A stretch of 64,000 nucleotides of DNA from an uncultured Verrucomicrobiae bacterium (lineage in GTDB: Bacteria; Verrucomicrobiota; Verrucomicrobiia; Opitutales; JABDGR01): contig CAVXVB010000009.1 in assembly GCA_963765205.1 (NCBI GenBank), forward strand, positions 1,216,001 through 1,280,000. Reading direction: 5' to 3'. The translations under genes were made by a program, and so were the position numbers. A model generated the notes under the pieces. It was not told the origin of the DNA and searched no databases. It saw only the letters and a program-made list of their open reading frames with translations. Shown piece after piece: positions 39,114 through 48,941 of this stretch (position 1 is the first letter of the stretch; each line of letters opens with the position of its first letter).

Positions 39114-39146
39114 TGGACTATATGGACTGGATGGACCGTATGGAAC
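39114..39146. repeat. 9-nt tandem units (TGGACNNNA)
   Basis: TGGACTATA TGGACTGGA TGGACCGTA TGGAAC. Confidence 0.6.
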
Positions 39147-39231
39147 GGCTTCGAGGGAAGTCCAAAAGCGTCATGAAATGGGTATAAGGCCATTTGCTCC
39201 CCCACCCCCAAGCCCGGTAACCCCGCCGGCC

Positions 39232-39647
<416 letters not shown>

Positions 39648-39732
39648 TTAAATTGCGGGAGGACGAGCCGTCACGTTGCTGTTTCCTTTCTTTACAATCG
39701 GCGGAAGGCTGCTAGGGTCAGGGATTTAAGGC

Positions 39733-41073
39733 ATGAAGCAACGCACCATTTTGCGCGAGGTCTCGACCAAGGGCACGTCGCTGCACACCGGGGAGGAAGT
39801 CCACCTCACCTTCAAACCCGCCGCCGAGGACCATGGGGTCGTCTTCCGGCGCATTGACCTTTATGGCAAGCCGGAGATTCGCGCGAACGTCGAGCACGTC
39901 ACGGAATTGGTGCGCTCGACGACGCTGTCGTCGGGCCACGCGAAAGTCCACACGGTCGAGCATGTGCTGAGCGCGCTGAGCGGGCTGGGGATTGATAATG
40001 TGCTGGTGGAGCTGGACGCAAGCGAGCCGCCGATCTTGGATGGCTCGGCCCGGCCGTTTGTCCTGCTGCTGCAACAGGCGGAGGCGGTGGAGCAGGCGAA
40101 GGACCGCAAATATTTTGTGCTGAAGGAGCCGGTGTGCATTTCGGAGGGCAACCGCTCGATCATCGCGATTCCGTATGATGGGTTGAAGATCACCTGCACG
40201 TCGGCCGACGACCGGGGCATCCACACGCAGCACCTGTCGCTCGATATTGACCCGGACAGCTACGCGGCGCAAATCGCGCCCGCGCGCACATTCACCATTT
40301 ACGAGGACATCGAGGAGCTGCTCAAGCTCGGCAAAATCCAGGGCGGGAGCCTCGACTCGGCCATCGTGATCAAGGGCGATAAAATCATTTCGAAGGAGCC
40401 GCTGCGCTTCAAGGAGGAGTTCGTGCGGCACAAGATCCTTGACATCGTGGGCGACATTGCGCTGCTGGGGCTGCCGCTGAAGGCGCACATCATCGCGGTG
40501 CGGCCGGGCCACGCGCTCAACGCGCGGCTGACGCAGGCGCTGCATCTGGCGATGACCGAGGCGAAGGAAGGGAAAAAGCCCGCGAAAATTGACGCGAAAA
40601 AAATCGTCGCGCCGGATGCGAAGACGCTGGACGTGCGCCAGATTCTCGACCTGCTGCCGCACCGCTACCCGTTCATCATGATTGACCGCGTCACGCAAAT
40701 CCTCAGCGAGGACGAACTGATCGCGGTGAAGAACGTGACGATCAACGAGCCGTATTTCATGGGGCATTTTCCCGGCCACCCGGTGATGCCGGGCGTGCTC
40801 CAGCTCGAGGCGATGGCGCAGGCGGCGGGGATTCTCATGCTGCGGCGGGTGTCGGCGGAGGGCAAAATCGCGTTTTTCATGAGCGCGGACAAAATCAAGT
40901 TCCGCCAGGCGGTGGTGCCGGGCGACCAGTTGGAGGTGCAGGTGAAGCTGGTCAAGCATCGCGGGCTGAAAATCGCCGTGGCCGAAGGGGTCTGCAAAGT
41001 GGAGGGCAAGGTCGTGTCCTCGGCGGAATTGATGTTCGCGCTGGTGGACGCGGCGGAGGAGGCGGGGGCGTGA
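39733..41073 (+). CDS. lpxC/fabZ: Bifunctional UDP-3-O-acyl-GlcNAc deacetylase / 3-hydroxyacyl-ACP dehydratase
   Basis: [25 protein letters not shown], then LPHRYPF, GHFPG.PVMPGV..LEAMAQ. Confidence 0.96.
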   Translation: MKQRTILREVSTKGTSLHTGEEVHLTFKPAAEDHGVVFRRIDLYGKPEIRANVEHVTELVRSTTLSSGHAKVHTVEHVLSALSGLGIDNVLVELDASEPPILDGSARPFVLLLQQAEAVEQAKDRKYFVLKEPVCISEGNRSIIAIPYDGLKITCTSADDRGIHTQHLSLDIDPDSYAAQIAPARTFTIYEDIEELLKLGKIQGGSLDSAIVIKGDKIISKEPLRFKEEFVRHKILDIVGDIALLGLPLKAHIIAVRPGHALNARLTQALHLAMTEAKEGKKPAKIDAKKIVAPDAKTLDVRQILDLLPHRYPFIMIDRVTQILSEDELIAVKNVTINEPYFMGHFPGHPVMPGVLQLEAMAQAAGILMLRRVSAEGKIAFFMSADKIKFRQAVVPGDQLEVQVKLVKHRGLKIAVAEGVCKVEGKVVSSAELMFALVDAAEEAGA

Positions 41074-41111
41074 GTGCGGAATGTGGAGTGCTGATTTCTG
41101 AATGCTGAATT
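41071..41111. repeat. 7-nt tandem units starting at the lpxC/fabZ stop codon
   Basis: TGCGGAA TGTGGAG TGCTGAT TTCTGAA TGCTGAA; same family as 35898. Confidence 0.65.
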
Positions 41112-41127
41112 AAACATCTGCTGGACC

Positions 41128-41694
41128 ATGTCACTGCATCTTCGAGAGACACTGGACGTTGTTGTTCCACGTATCTATGTGGCGTTGCCCAAATCAGGCC
41201 CCGCCGATGTCACGCTGGCCCCTAATGATTCACCCGTGGAGCGAAAGTTGGTTGCTGATTTGATGATCTTTTACGCCTTCGATCTGGAAACGCATTTCCA
41301 AATAGTAGCCAATCGTGATTTGCTGCGGCTGGGCGTTTCCAAGGATGAGCTGCACGACCGGGCGTTGGATAACCTTCGGGCATTAAAGCTCGAAGTTCGG
41401 GCACATGAAGGCGCAAACGTCATTATGCTCACTGCTGGAGGAAATTATGAAGCCACCTTAATTCTGCTTCCGGAAATCTGGGAATCCATCGCCCCCATGG
41501 TTTCAGGCCAAATTGTTGCTTCCGTCCCTCCTCGAGATGTTGTCTTCGTTACGGGCGATTCGACGAACGAGAATCTCGGCGAATTACGGCGATGCACATC
41601 CAAGGCGATTGAACATGCGGATAAGCCGCTATCGCGATGTTTTCTCCGCTGGAACGGCACCCGTTGGGAAAAATACGAAGGCTTTGCGGCGTAA
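41128..41694 (+). CDS. DUF1444-like hypothetical protein
   Basis: LMIFYAFD, ELH.RALDNL, GGNYEA.L.LLP..W, VP.RD. Confidence 0.6.
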   Translation: MSLHLRETLDVVVPRIYVALPKSGPADVTLAPNDSPVERKLVADLMIFYAFDLETHFQIVANRDLLRLGVSKDELHDRALDNLRALKLEVRAHEGANVIMLTAGGNYEATLILLPEIWESIAPMVSGQIVASVPPRDVVFVTGDSTNENLGELRRCTSKAIEHADKPLSRCFLRWNGTRWEKYEGFAA

Positions 41695-41725
41695 ACACAA
41701 GAGGCGCGTTGTCGCCAGCTATTTT

Positions 41726-42286
41726 TTATGCGCCGAAGACTTTATCGAGTTTGACGGAGAAGCCGGGCAGGAGCGGGGTGGTGAGGGTGTCGGCGAGTTC
41801 CAAATAGGCGACGGGGCGGTCGGCATTTTCCTTAAATCGGTAAATTTGCACTGAGCGCAATTCGGGATCAATCAACCACATTTCAAGGACGCCGGCGCGG
41901 GCATAGACGCGGCGTTTGGCGTCCTTGTCGAGTCGCGCGGTGCTGGGGGAGAGTACTTCGACCACGAGGTCGGGCGCGCCGTGGACGCCGTCATCAAGCA
42001 GGATTTTCTTTTCGCGGGCAGCGGCGACATAGAGGACGTCGGGCTGGTAAACGTTGTTGTCGTCCAGATACACGTCAAAGGGGGCAATCATCACCGCGCC
42101 CTTTCGACTGCGCTTCACATGCTCATGGAGCAAGATGAAAATCGTTCCGCCAATGTTTTGATGGGATTTGCGGGGGCTGGGGGCCATAAAAAAATCTCCC
42201 TCAATCAGTTGAATGCGCGGGCCGCCCTCGGGCAACAAGAGGTAGTCTGAGACACTCAGAAGATTGCTGGTGGCAGTGGCTGACAT
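41726..42286 (-). CDS. Uma2-family (DUF820) endonuclease-fold protein
   Basis: QLIEG...MAPSP...HQ, QPD, GAPDLVVEVLSPST...D, Y..AGV.E.WLIDP. Confidence 0.92.
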   Translation of the reverse strand: MSATATSNLLSVSDYLLLPEGGPRIQLIEGDFFMAPSPRKSHQNIGGTIFILLHEHVKRSRKGAVMIAPFDVYLDDNNVYQPDVLYVAAAREKKILLDDGVHGAPDLVVEVLSPSTARLDKDAKRRVYARAGVLEMWLIDPELRSVQIYRFKENADRPVAYLELADTLTTPLLPGFSVKLDKVFGA

Positions 42287-42321
42287 GGGGGGGATTTTAG
42301 GTTGTTTTCGGAGGTTGGCAA
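42287..42321 (-). promoter_or_regulatory. Compact leaderless promoter TTGCCA-N16-TAAAAT-N7-ATG
   Basis: Read directly on the minus strand upstream of the Uma2 ATG. Confidence 0.6.
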
Positions 42322-42411
42322 GAGCGCGATGGCGGATGGAGGATGAGAAAAATGGGGGGCGGTCATTCGCTTGGCTTGGTCGCGGGCGGGTGAGCGATGC
42401 CCTCGCCCAAC

Positions 42412-42444
42412 AAAAAGGCGAAGCCCGGGAGGGGGCTTCGCCTT
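42412..42444 (-). terminator. Intrinsic terminator after the RRM gene
   Basis: AAGGCGAAGCCC / GGGCTTCGCCTT stem followed by a T run on the minus strand. Confidence 0.8.
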
Positions 42445-42483
42445 GGTAAAAAACGAGGGGTTAGCTCGGATTTGGCAATGACT

Positions 42484-42861
42484 TTAGTAACGACGTTCGC
42501 GGCGTTCTCCGCCACGGTCGCCACCATAACCACCGCCGCCACCGCCGCCGCCGTAGGAGCGACCACCACCGCCGCCACCACCGCCGCCATAAGCGGGACG
42601 GTCGGAGCGTTCTTCGCGGGGACGGGCTTCGTTAACGGTCAGGTCACGGCTGCCGACTTTGGTGCCGTGGATGGCCGCAATGGCCGCCTTGGCTTCAGCG
42701 TCCGAACCCATGGTGACAAACGCAAAGCCGCGCGGGCGGCCCGTGAATTTATCCATGGCCATGAACACTTCAGACACAGCACCATGCTGGGCGAACAAGT
42801 CACGCAACTCGCCCTCCGAGGTGTTGAAGTCGAGATTACCGACATACAATTTAGAACTCAT
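42484..42861 (-). CDS. RRM RNA-binding protein with glycine-rich tail
   Basis: KLYVGNL (RNP2), RGFAFVTM (RNP1), LTVNEARPRE. Confidence 0.95.
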   Translation of the reverse strand: MSSKLYVGNLDFNTSEGELRDLFAQHGAVSEVFMAMDKFTGRPRGFAFVTMGSDAEAKAAIAAIHGTKVGSRDLTVNEARPREERSDRPAYGGGGGGGGGRSYGGGGGGGGYGGDRGGERRERRY

Positions 42862-43035
42862 ACTATTGATACTTTGATCTACCGGAAGCAAACGCTCTGT
42901 TCCCGAAATGCCGGGTTTCGAATCGTCACCGGGCCTTTAACCCGCCTGACAATCCACCAAATCGCGTAACTAACTATCAATCAAGCAGGCACCATGATTA
43001 ATGGATTCAGGGCCGAATGCAAGGATATTTTTTTG

Positions 43036-44118
43036 CTACCCGGTCTTGCGGGCCTGGTCGGATGCGGGCGGGGGAACGGCGACGGGGCCGGCGGGAGCGG
43101 CAGGACCGAGGCGCTGGCGGCGGCGGGCCAGTTCGCGCATGTCCACGGCCAAGTCGTCCTTCTCGAAAAATTCCGCGCCGAGGAGGTTCTCGAAAATGTC
43201 CTCCATCGAGACGACGCCGGCGAGGGAGCCGTATTCGTCCACCACGACGGCGATTTGCTGGTGGTTTTTGAGAAACTGCTGGAGGGTGGTCGCGGCGGTG
43301 GCGGTTTCGGGCACAAAGACGACGGGGTGCATTAGGGCGCCGACGGTGAGGTGGTCCTGGTCGGCGGCCTTGGCCTTGAGCAGGTCGCGCCGGCGGGCGA
43401 GGCCGACGATGTTGTCCGTTTTGCCGTCGTAAACGGGGAGACGGGCGAAGGGGATGTTGGGCAGCTCGCGGAAGACTTCGCCAATGGTGCGGGATTTTTC
43501 GATGGCAGTGACGACGATGCGTGGGGTCATGATGTCACGGATGTGGACCTCATCGAGCTTGAGGGCGTTGGCGATGAGCTTGCTTTCCTGGACGGTAATG
43601 TTGCCCTGCTGGGCCTCGCGCACGGCGAGGAAGGCGATTTCCTGCGAGGCGTCGCCTTCGATCTTGGTTTTGCCAAGAAAGCGGGTGAGCAGGGGGCGCA
43701 CGACCCACAGCAGCGGGCGGGTGGCGAGCCGCATGCCATAGAGCACCCAGACAAGGATGGGCCGCAGGCGGGCGCGGTGCAACACGCCGAGGTTTTTGGG
43801 CAGGATTTCGCCGAAAATGAGCAGGCCGACGGTCATGCCAGCGGCAAAGGCATAGCGCCACTCGGCAAAAATTTGCTGGGCCAATGCGCCGCAAACGAAG
43901 GAGCCGAGGGTGTTGGCGACGGTGTTAAAGGTCAGGATGGCGGAGATGCTTTCGTCAAGCCGTTCGCGGCATTGGGCCAGCAGCATTCCTGCGCGTGGCG
44001 AGTGGGACTTGAGGGCCTCAATTTCGCCCGCAGTCGTGCTCAACAGCATAGCCTCGATGGTCGAGCACAGGGCTGAAACCAGCACCGTGACAAGCACGGC
44101 GATGATGAGCATAGTCAT
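43036..44118 (-). CDS. CNNM/DUF21-CBS (hemolysin-like) membrane protein
   Basis: GEILPK, DIMTPR, RLPVY, VVDEYG...GVVSMED..E; start placed at MTMLIIAV. Confidence 0.9.
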   Translation of the reverse strand: MTMLIIAVLVTVLVSALCSTIEAMLLSTTAGEIEALKSHSPRAGMLLAQCRERLDESISAILTFNTVANTLGSFVCGALAQQIFAEWRYAFAAGMTVGLLIFGEILPKNLGVLHRARLRPILVWVLYGMRLATRPLLWVVRPLLTRFLGKTKIEGDASQEIAFLAVREAQQGNITVQESKLIANALKLDEVHIRDIMTPRIVVTAIEKSRTIGEVFRELPNIPFARLPVYDGKTDNIVGLARRRDLLKAKAADQDHLTVGALMHPVVFVPETATAATTLQQFLKNHQQIAVVVDEYGSLAGVVSMEDIFENLLGAEFFEKDDLAVDMRELARRRQRLGPAAPAGPVAVPPPASDQARKTG

Positions 44119-44262
44119 GGCAGACAATGGGCTAGGTAAAACGCGAATGGACAGTTTATAACTTTTGCCATGCCGATACAAGCTGATTCCCGGCCATCGA
44201 AACATAAGTTCGCGCCTTGACACTTTGGGCATTTCATAGTCGTATGTGTTCCCACCCTTCCG

Positions 44263-45540
44263 ATGGCCTTGATTCTCTTGCGCGCTATTCCCGTCCCCTT
44301 TCGCCGGGCACCCCTCACTTTGGCCATGCTCTTGGCGGTCGCCCTTGCGGGCGCCGGCTGTGACAACACCTACCAGGTCACAACGAGCGCTTTTCATGGG
44401 CATGTCGAGGCACCGGATACAACGTTGAATGCGCCAGCCTCGCCGATTGACAATCCCCTTGCCGCAACGCCGAACTCGACCCAATCCTCGACAACCACCC
44501 CAAGCGCGCCCATCGCGCATACGCCGAATGCCGTGCTGGACAGCATGCGCCGGGCCGCCGATTGGCAACTGGCAAACCCCACTGTTGATCCGGAAAATGG
44601 GTGGGTTTACGCGGCCTTTTATGATGGAGCGCTGGCCCTGGCTAAAATCAACCAGGATCCAAAATACTACGACCTGATGATGGCGCAGGGCGTGAAGAAC
44701 CATTGGCAACTTGGAACCCACGATTACAATGCCGACGACCACGCCGTCGGGCAGTTGTATCTGGAGCTTTATGAACTAAAAAAAGACCCGGACATGGTCC
44801 AGCCGACCCGGCAGCGCTTTGACGAGATTCTCGATTACCCCAAGGACGACAACCTGGACTACAGCCGCTCCGACCGCAACGACCGCTGGTCGTGGTGCGA
44901 TGCGTTGTTCATGGATCCGCCGGTGTGGGCGCGCCTGAGCAAAGTGACGGGCGACCCGAAATACCTCGACTCGGCGGATCGGCGCTGGTGGGTGACCTCG
45001 AACTACCTTTATGACAAGGACGAGCACCTTTACTACCGCGACAGCACTTTTTTCACCCAACGGGAGCCGAATGGGGAAAAAATATTCTGGTCGCGCGGCA
45101 ATGGCTGGGTGATCGCCGGGCTGGCGCGCCTGCTGGACTATATGCCGGCGGACTACCCCAATCGCGCGAAATACGTCAAGCAATTCCACGACATGGCCGA
45201 CAAAATCAAATCGTTGCAGCAAGCGGATGGGCTGTGGCGGACGGGCCTGCTCGACCCGGCGTCGCACCCGCAAAAGGAAACCAGCGGCAGCGGCTTTTTC
45301 ACCTACGCGCTGGCGTGGGGCATCAACCAAGGTTTGCTTGACCGCGTGGAATATGAGCCGGTGGTGCTCAAGGGCTGGGACGCACTGATGGAAAGCGTGT
45401 TGCCCGATGGCGAACTGATCCATGTGCAGCCCGTCGGCGCCCAACCGAGCGGCTTCCCGGAGAACAGCAGCACGCCCTACGGCGTCGGGGCCTTTTTGCT
45501 GGCGGGCAGCGAGGTCTATAAGCTGGAGGGCGGGAAGTAG
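44263..45540 (+). CDS. GH105 unsaturated rhamnogalacturonyl/glucuronyl hydrolase, lipoprotein
   Basis: ADD, WSWCDALFM.PP, WSRGNGW, ETSGS, YGVGAFLLAG; lipobox AGC. Confidence 0.9.
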   Translation: MALILLRAIPVPFRRAPLTLAMLLAVALAGAGCDNTYQVTTSAFHGHVEAPDTTLNAPASPIDNPLAATPNSTQSSTTTPSAPIAHTPNAVLDSMRRAADWQLANPTVDPENGWVYAAFYDGALALAKINQDPKYYDLMMAQGVKNHWQLGTHDYNADDHAVGQLYLELYELKKDPDMVQPTRQRFDEILDYPKDDNLDYSRSDRNDRWSWCDALFMDPPVWARLSKVTGDPKYLDSADRRWWVTSNYLYDKDEHLYYRDSTFFTQREPNGEKIFWSRGNGWVIAGLARLLDYMPADYPNRAKYVKQFHDMADKIKSLQQADGLWRTGLLDPASHPQKETSGSGFFTYALAWGINQGLLDRVEYEPVVLKGWDALMESVLPDGELIHVQPVGAQPSGFPENSSTPYGVGAFLLAGSEVYKLEGGK

Positions 45541-45548
45541 GGGGGCAA

Positions 45549-46535
45549 TTACTGCGCGACATCGGGATACGGCCCCAAAAACCGTTCGCCGTTAAAGTGG
45601 ATGAGATGATCAGGATTGTCGGCGATCCAGACTTCCGTTTCCCAAGAGATTTGGGTGAGGAAGCTGCGCATGGCTTCACGACTGGCAAAGGCAGTTACAA
45701 AAACCAACCCGGCCTTGCAGCCCGCGAATAGCACCTTCAATTCCTTCCGTCGTTTGCCATCCACGGGGCCGGCGCTCGTCACCGCTTCGATAAGGAGCAC
45801 CCAGTTTCGACGCGAATCGTGAATCACTACATCCGGCATGATGGCAGGCGCGGGAATAGCCACGCCCAAGCCCTCCAAATACGTCGTGTCCAGATGCAAA
45901 AACTTGTTTTCGGTGTCGCCGATGTAAACAACGATACCACCTGGAACAAAACGCGCACAAAATTCCTCGATGACCGTTTTGATGAGTGGATTTTGTCCGC
46001 CGGGAGATATTGAGATTGTCTTTCCCGAAGGTAATTTAACTGGAATCCGCGCCAACTGCCGGTCCCGCTGCAATTCGGCGCGGATTTTTTCCCTACTTTT
46101 CAGATAGACAGCCAGCTTTGGTTTCCAGTCCAAGCTATCAAAGGATGCCAAAAGTTCCAGCGCGTGTGGTTCGATCTGATAAACTGTTTTGCCGCTATTG
46201 GTGGGCCGGGCCGGATCATCCGGGTTGCGCAGGATCAGGCCGGCGTCGGCAAAGTGTTTGACCGCTTCATCGCGGATGGTCTCGCGGGTATTGGGCGCAT
46301 AGCGCAAGCCATAGGCCCGGTCCACGAATTCAATGATGGGCGTGATCCCGCGCAAGGGACTTTTCGCCTCGCTCCAAGGTTGCAACGACTCCAAATCCAG
46401 CAGCGCCAAAAGCGTGTAGCCGGCCACCTCGTTACTTTGCCGGCCCGTGAAATGAAGCGCCCGCAAAACTTCCACCGCTTCGGATAGTTTTTGGGCCCGT
46501 GCTTTCGCCAGGATGTTTTGTTTGGAGGCGGCCAT
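45549..46535 (-). CDS. BsuBI/PstI-family type II restriction endonuclease
   Basis: YAPNTRETIRD, RPTNS.KTVY, MPDVV...LIEAVTS.GP, ISWETEVW, HLIHFNGERFLGP. Confidence 0.92.
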   Translation of the reverse strand: MAASKQNILAKARAQKLSEAVEVLRALHFTGRQSNEVAGYTLLALLDLESLQPWSEAKSPLRGITPIIEFVDRAYGLRYAPNTRETIRDEAVKHFADAGLILRNPDDPARPTNSGKTVYQIEPHALELLASFDSLDWKPKLAVYLKSREKIRAELQRDRQLARIPVKLPSGKTISISPGGQNPLIKTVIEEFCARFVPGGIVVYIGDTENKFLHLDTTYLEGLGVAIPAPAIMPDVVIHDSRRNWVLLIEAVTSAGPVDGKRRKELKVLFAGCKAGLVFVTAFASREAMRSFLTQISWETEVWIADNPDHLIHFNGERFLGPYPDVAQ

Positions 46536-48025
46536 TAGAATAGTTCCTTCTCCAGGAAGTTGTCGAGTTGGTCTTGGGCCATCCCGGGGTCGGTAATTTT
46601 CCGCCCGAGCCGTTTCAGCGTTGCGGAAGAAGGGTAATTTAGCGAGCGAAGATCGGTGGCGTTCACCTGGGTATGGCCGCTGAATTGCCGGAAATACACA
46701 TCCACGACCGTAGAATTCAAGAACGCCGCCAAGCCCTTGGCCAAATCCAGCGACAGGCCGTGTCCGTTTACATGGAAATAATTAAGGTGATTTTCAAATC
46801 CCACCAAGGACGCAGGAATGCGTTGGGAGTCGTAGATGCAGGCTACGACCCGCCGCCGTTCCTCTTTGGCGGTGAATCGTTTGACCAGAACATATACACC
46901 TGCGGGCACGAGGAGATCGCGGGTGCGGGAATCGTTCAGGATGGCATTGGGCTTGCGCGAGGGCGCGAGGGGCCAATGCACGAATCCGCCGTTGAAATGA
47001 CAGGGATAAATGAGCGGCACAGTCTCTTTGCCGGGTTGCTCGCGCAGGTAGGACGTGGCGCGAAAATCCACCACGCGTCCGGTTGACACGCCGAGGCCCA
47101 GATCAGCAAGCGAGGCATCCAGTCCCGCCATGGCTGATTTTGCGTCGAAGTGCTTCTCGTCCACTTGCAGATGGATGAATTGCGCAGGATCGTTTGGGAG
47201 AACCACCTCGCCGAAATCCACTGGTCTCGAATTGACTGCGCCGTGCGGCTCGCCGCTGCTGGTTGAAATCGTCACTTGCCGTGCCTTCGGCACGCCTTTG
47301 ACCGCATGGACAATAATGTTTTCCTGGAGCACGTCGTCCTGGGAGAACGCCGCCGAACGCGAATCGAAGACGTGTAAGCGGCGCAAGGACATGGTTTTTA
47401 GGAAGTCCTCACGAAACGGCCTAAAGTAAGGCCCGTTGCAAAAACTTCGCGGGGTGATGGCAACCAGTTCCCCACCCTTGATCAGCAGTTTGGTGATGAG
47501 GGCGACGAAACCGGTGTAAAGGTTGCTCGTTTCGATCACGGCGGAGCGCAAGGCCTGGCGCGCCGGCGAATCGCTCCGAATTTTGCGGTATGGTGGATTG
47601 ACAATGGCGGCATTGAATTGCAAGGGTTGGCCCGAAAACAGATCTCCCGACACCATTGGCGCAGTGGTTTCGATAAAATCCTCGAAACGCAGCGTGGATG
47701 AGAAATCGATCCCGGCTCGGTTGCAGAGGCGCTTGCATTCCGCCATAGTGTTCCGCAACGGCTCGAACATGGCCGGATCCAACTCAAAAGCAGTGACCGC
47801 GATGCTCTTGGGTTTATGCCGCCCAACACATATTTGGCGCACGAGTGCAGCCGTCAATGCGCCAGCTCCGGCTCCTGCATCCAAAAGTTCCCAATGGCTC
47901 CATTGGGCCTCAAATAGCGATGCCATGAATTCCGCAACGTGGGTAGGGGTCAAAAACTGGCCCAACTCGTGGAGAGACGCCTGAGTTTTGCATTCAATCG
48001 CAGGCTGTGTTTCGAGAACTGGCAT
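46535..48025 (-). CDS. Cognate N6-adenine DNA methyltransferase (M.BsuBI/M.PstI-like)
   Basis: GQFLTP, LLDAGAG.G, NPPY, PRSFCNG.YF, TGRVVDFR, FSGHTQVNATDL; TAATG coupling to the REase. Confidence 0.92.
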   Translation of the reverse strand: MPVLETQPAIECKTQASLHELGQFLTPTHVAEFMASLFEAQWSHWELLDAGAGAGALTAALVRQICVGRHKPKSIAVTAFELDPAMFEPLRNTMAECKRLCNRAGIDFSSTLRFEDFIETTAPMVSGDLFSGQPLQFNAAIVNPPYRKIRSDSPARQALRSAVIETSNLYTGFVALITKLLIKGGELVAITPRSFCNGPYFRPFREDFLKTMSLRRLHVFDSRSAAFSQDDVLQENIIVHAVKGVPKARQVTISTSSGEPHGAVNSRPVDFGEVVLPNDPAQFIHLQVDEKHFDAKSAMAGLDASLADLGLGVSTGRVVDFRATSYLREQPGKETVPLIYPCHFNGGFVHWPLAPSRKPNAILNDSRTRDLLVPAGVYVLVKRFTAKEERRRVVACIYDSQRIPASLVGFENHLNYFHVNGHGLSLDLAKGLAAFLNSTVVDVYFRQFSGHTQVNATDLRSLNYPSSATLKRLGRKITDPGMAQDQLDNFLEKELF

Positions 48026-48267
48026 TTTAGATGTTTAGGCCCGAGAGCCTACCAGCTAAGAATCGTCTTGCGAAGGGCCGTCGTCAAGCCTGCCTCGGTC
48101 TAGCTGGCTAATGCAGAGACACCCACTCTTCTTAACCTCCTCTACCCTATCACCTTGCCCATCCGCTTTTGCAGGCTTGAGGCCCGATTCCTGCGTTTTT
48201 TTGCATCTTAGGGTTGTTTTTCGGACGGCGGGCGGGCATCGTGGGGGTTGTTGCTTAACTCCCCCGC

Positions 48268-48909
48268 ATGAAGACTTCTGAAGTAATTGCCCGTCTCGCG
48301 CAGATGCGCGTGATTCCTGTCATTGTCCTGGAAAACGCCGGCGACGCCCAGCCGCTGGCCGAGGCCCTGTTGGCCGGGGGGTTGCCGTGCGCGGAGATCA
48401 CGTTCCGCACGGCGGCGGCGTTGGAGGCCATTCGCGCGATCGCGAAAATTCCCGGCATGTTGGTGGGCGCGGGCACGGTGCTCAAGCCGGAGCAGGCGCA
48501 GGCCGCCGCGGACGCCGGGGCGCAGTTTATTGTGACACCGGGTTTCAACCCGCGCGTGGTCGCCTATTGCGTAAGCCATGGCATCCCGATCACGCCGGGG
48601 GTCAGCGACCCGACGAGCATCGAAATGGCGCTGGAACATGGTCTCGACGTGGTCAAGTTTTTCCCCGCCGAAGCCTGCGGCGGGCTGAGTTACCTGAAGG
48701 CCATCGCCGCGCCGTATAGCATGATGCGCTTCATCCCGACCGGGGGCATTGAGCCGGGGAATTTGCGCGAGTATCTGGCGTTCCCGAAAATCGTCGCCTG
48801 CGGCGGCACCTGGATGGTGAAGGCCGATTTGCTGAAGAACCGCGACTGGGCGAAAATCACCACGCTCACGCGCGAGGCCGTGGCGCTCGCCCAAACGCCG
48901 CAAAGTTGA
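48268..48909 (+). CDS. eda: KDPG/KHG aldolase
   Basis: AEITFRT, GAGTV, FIVTPG, KFFPAE, PTGG. Confidence 0.95.
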   Translation: MKTSEVIARLAQMRVIPVIVLENAGDAQPLAEALLAGGLPCAEITFRTAAALEAIRAIAKIPGMLVGAGTVLKPEQAQAAADAGAQFIVTPGFNPRVVAYCVSHGIPITPGVSDPTSIEMALEHGLDVVKFFPAEACGGLSYLKAIAAPYSMMRFIPTGGIEPGNLREYLAFPKIVACGGTWMVKADLLKNRDWAKITTLTREAVALAQTPQS

Positions 48910-48941
48910 ACTGGCCACGTTGTTTTTTCCTTTGAATTTTT

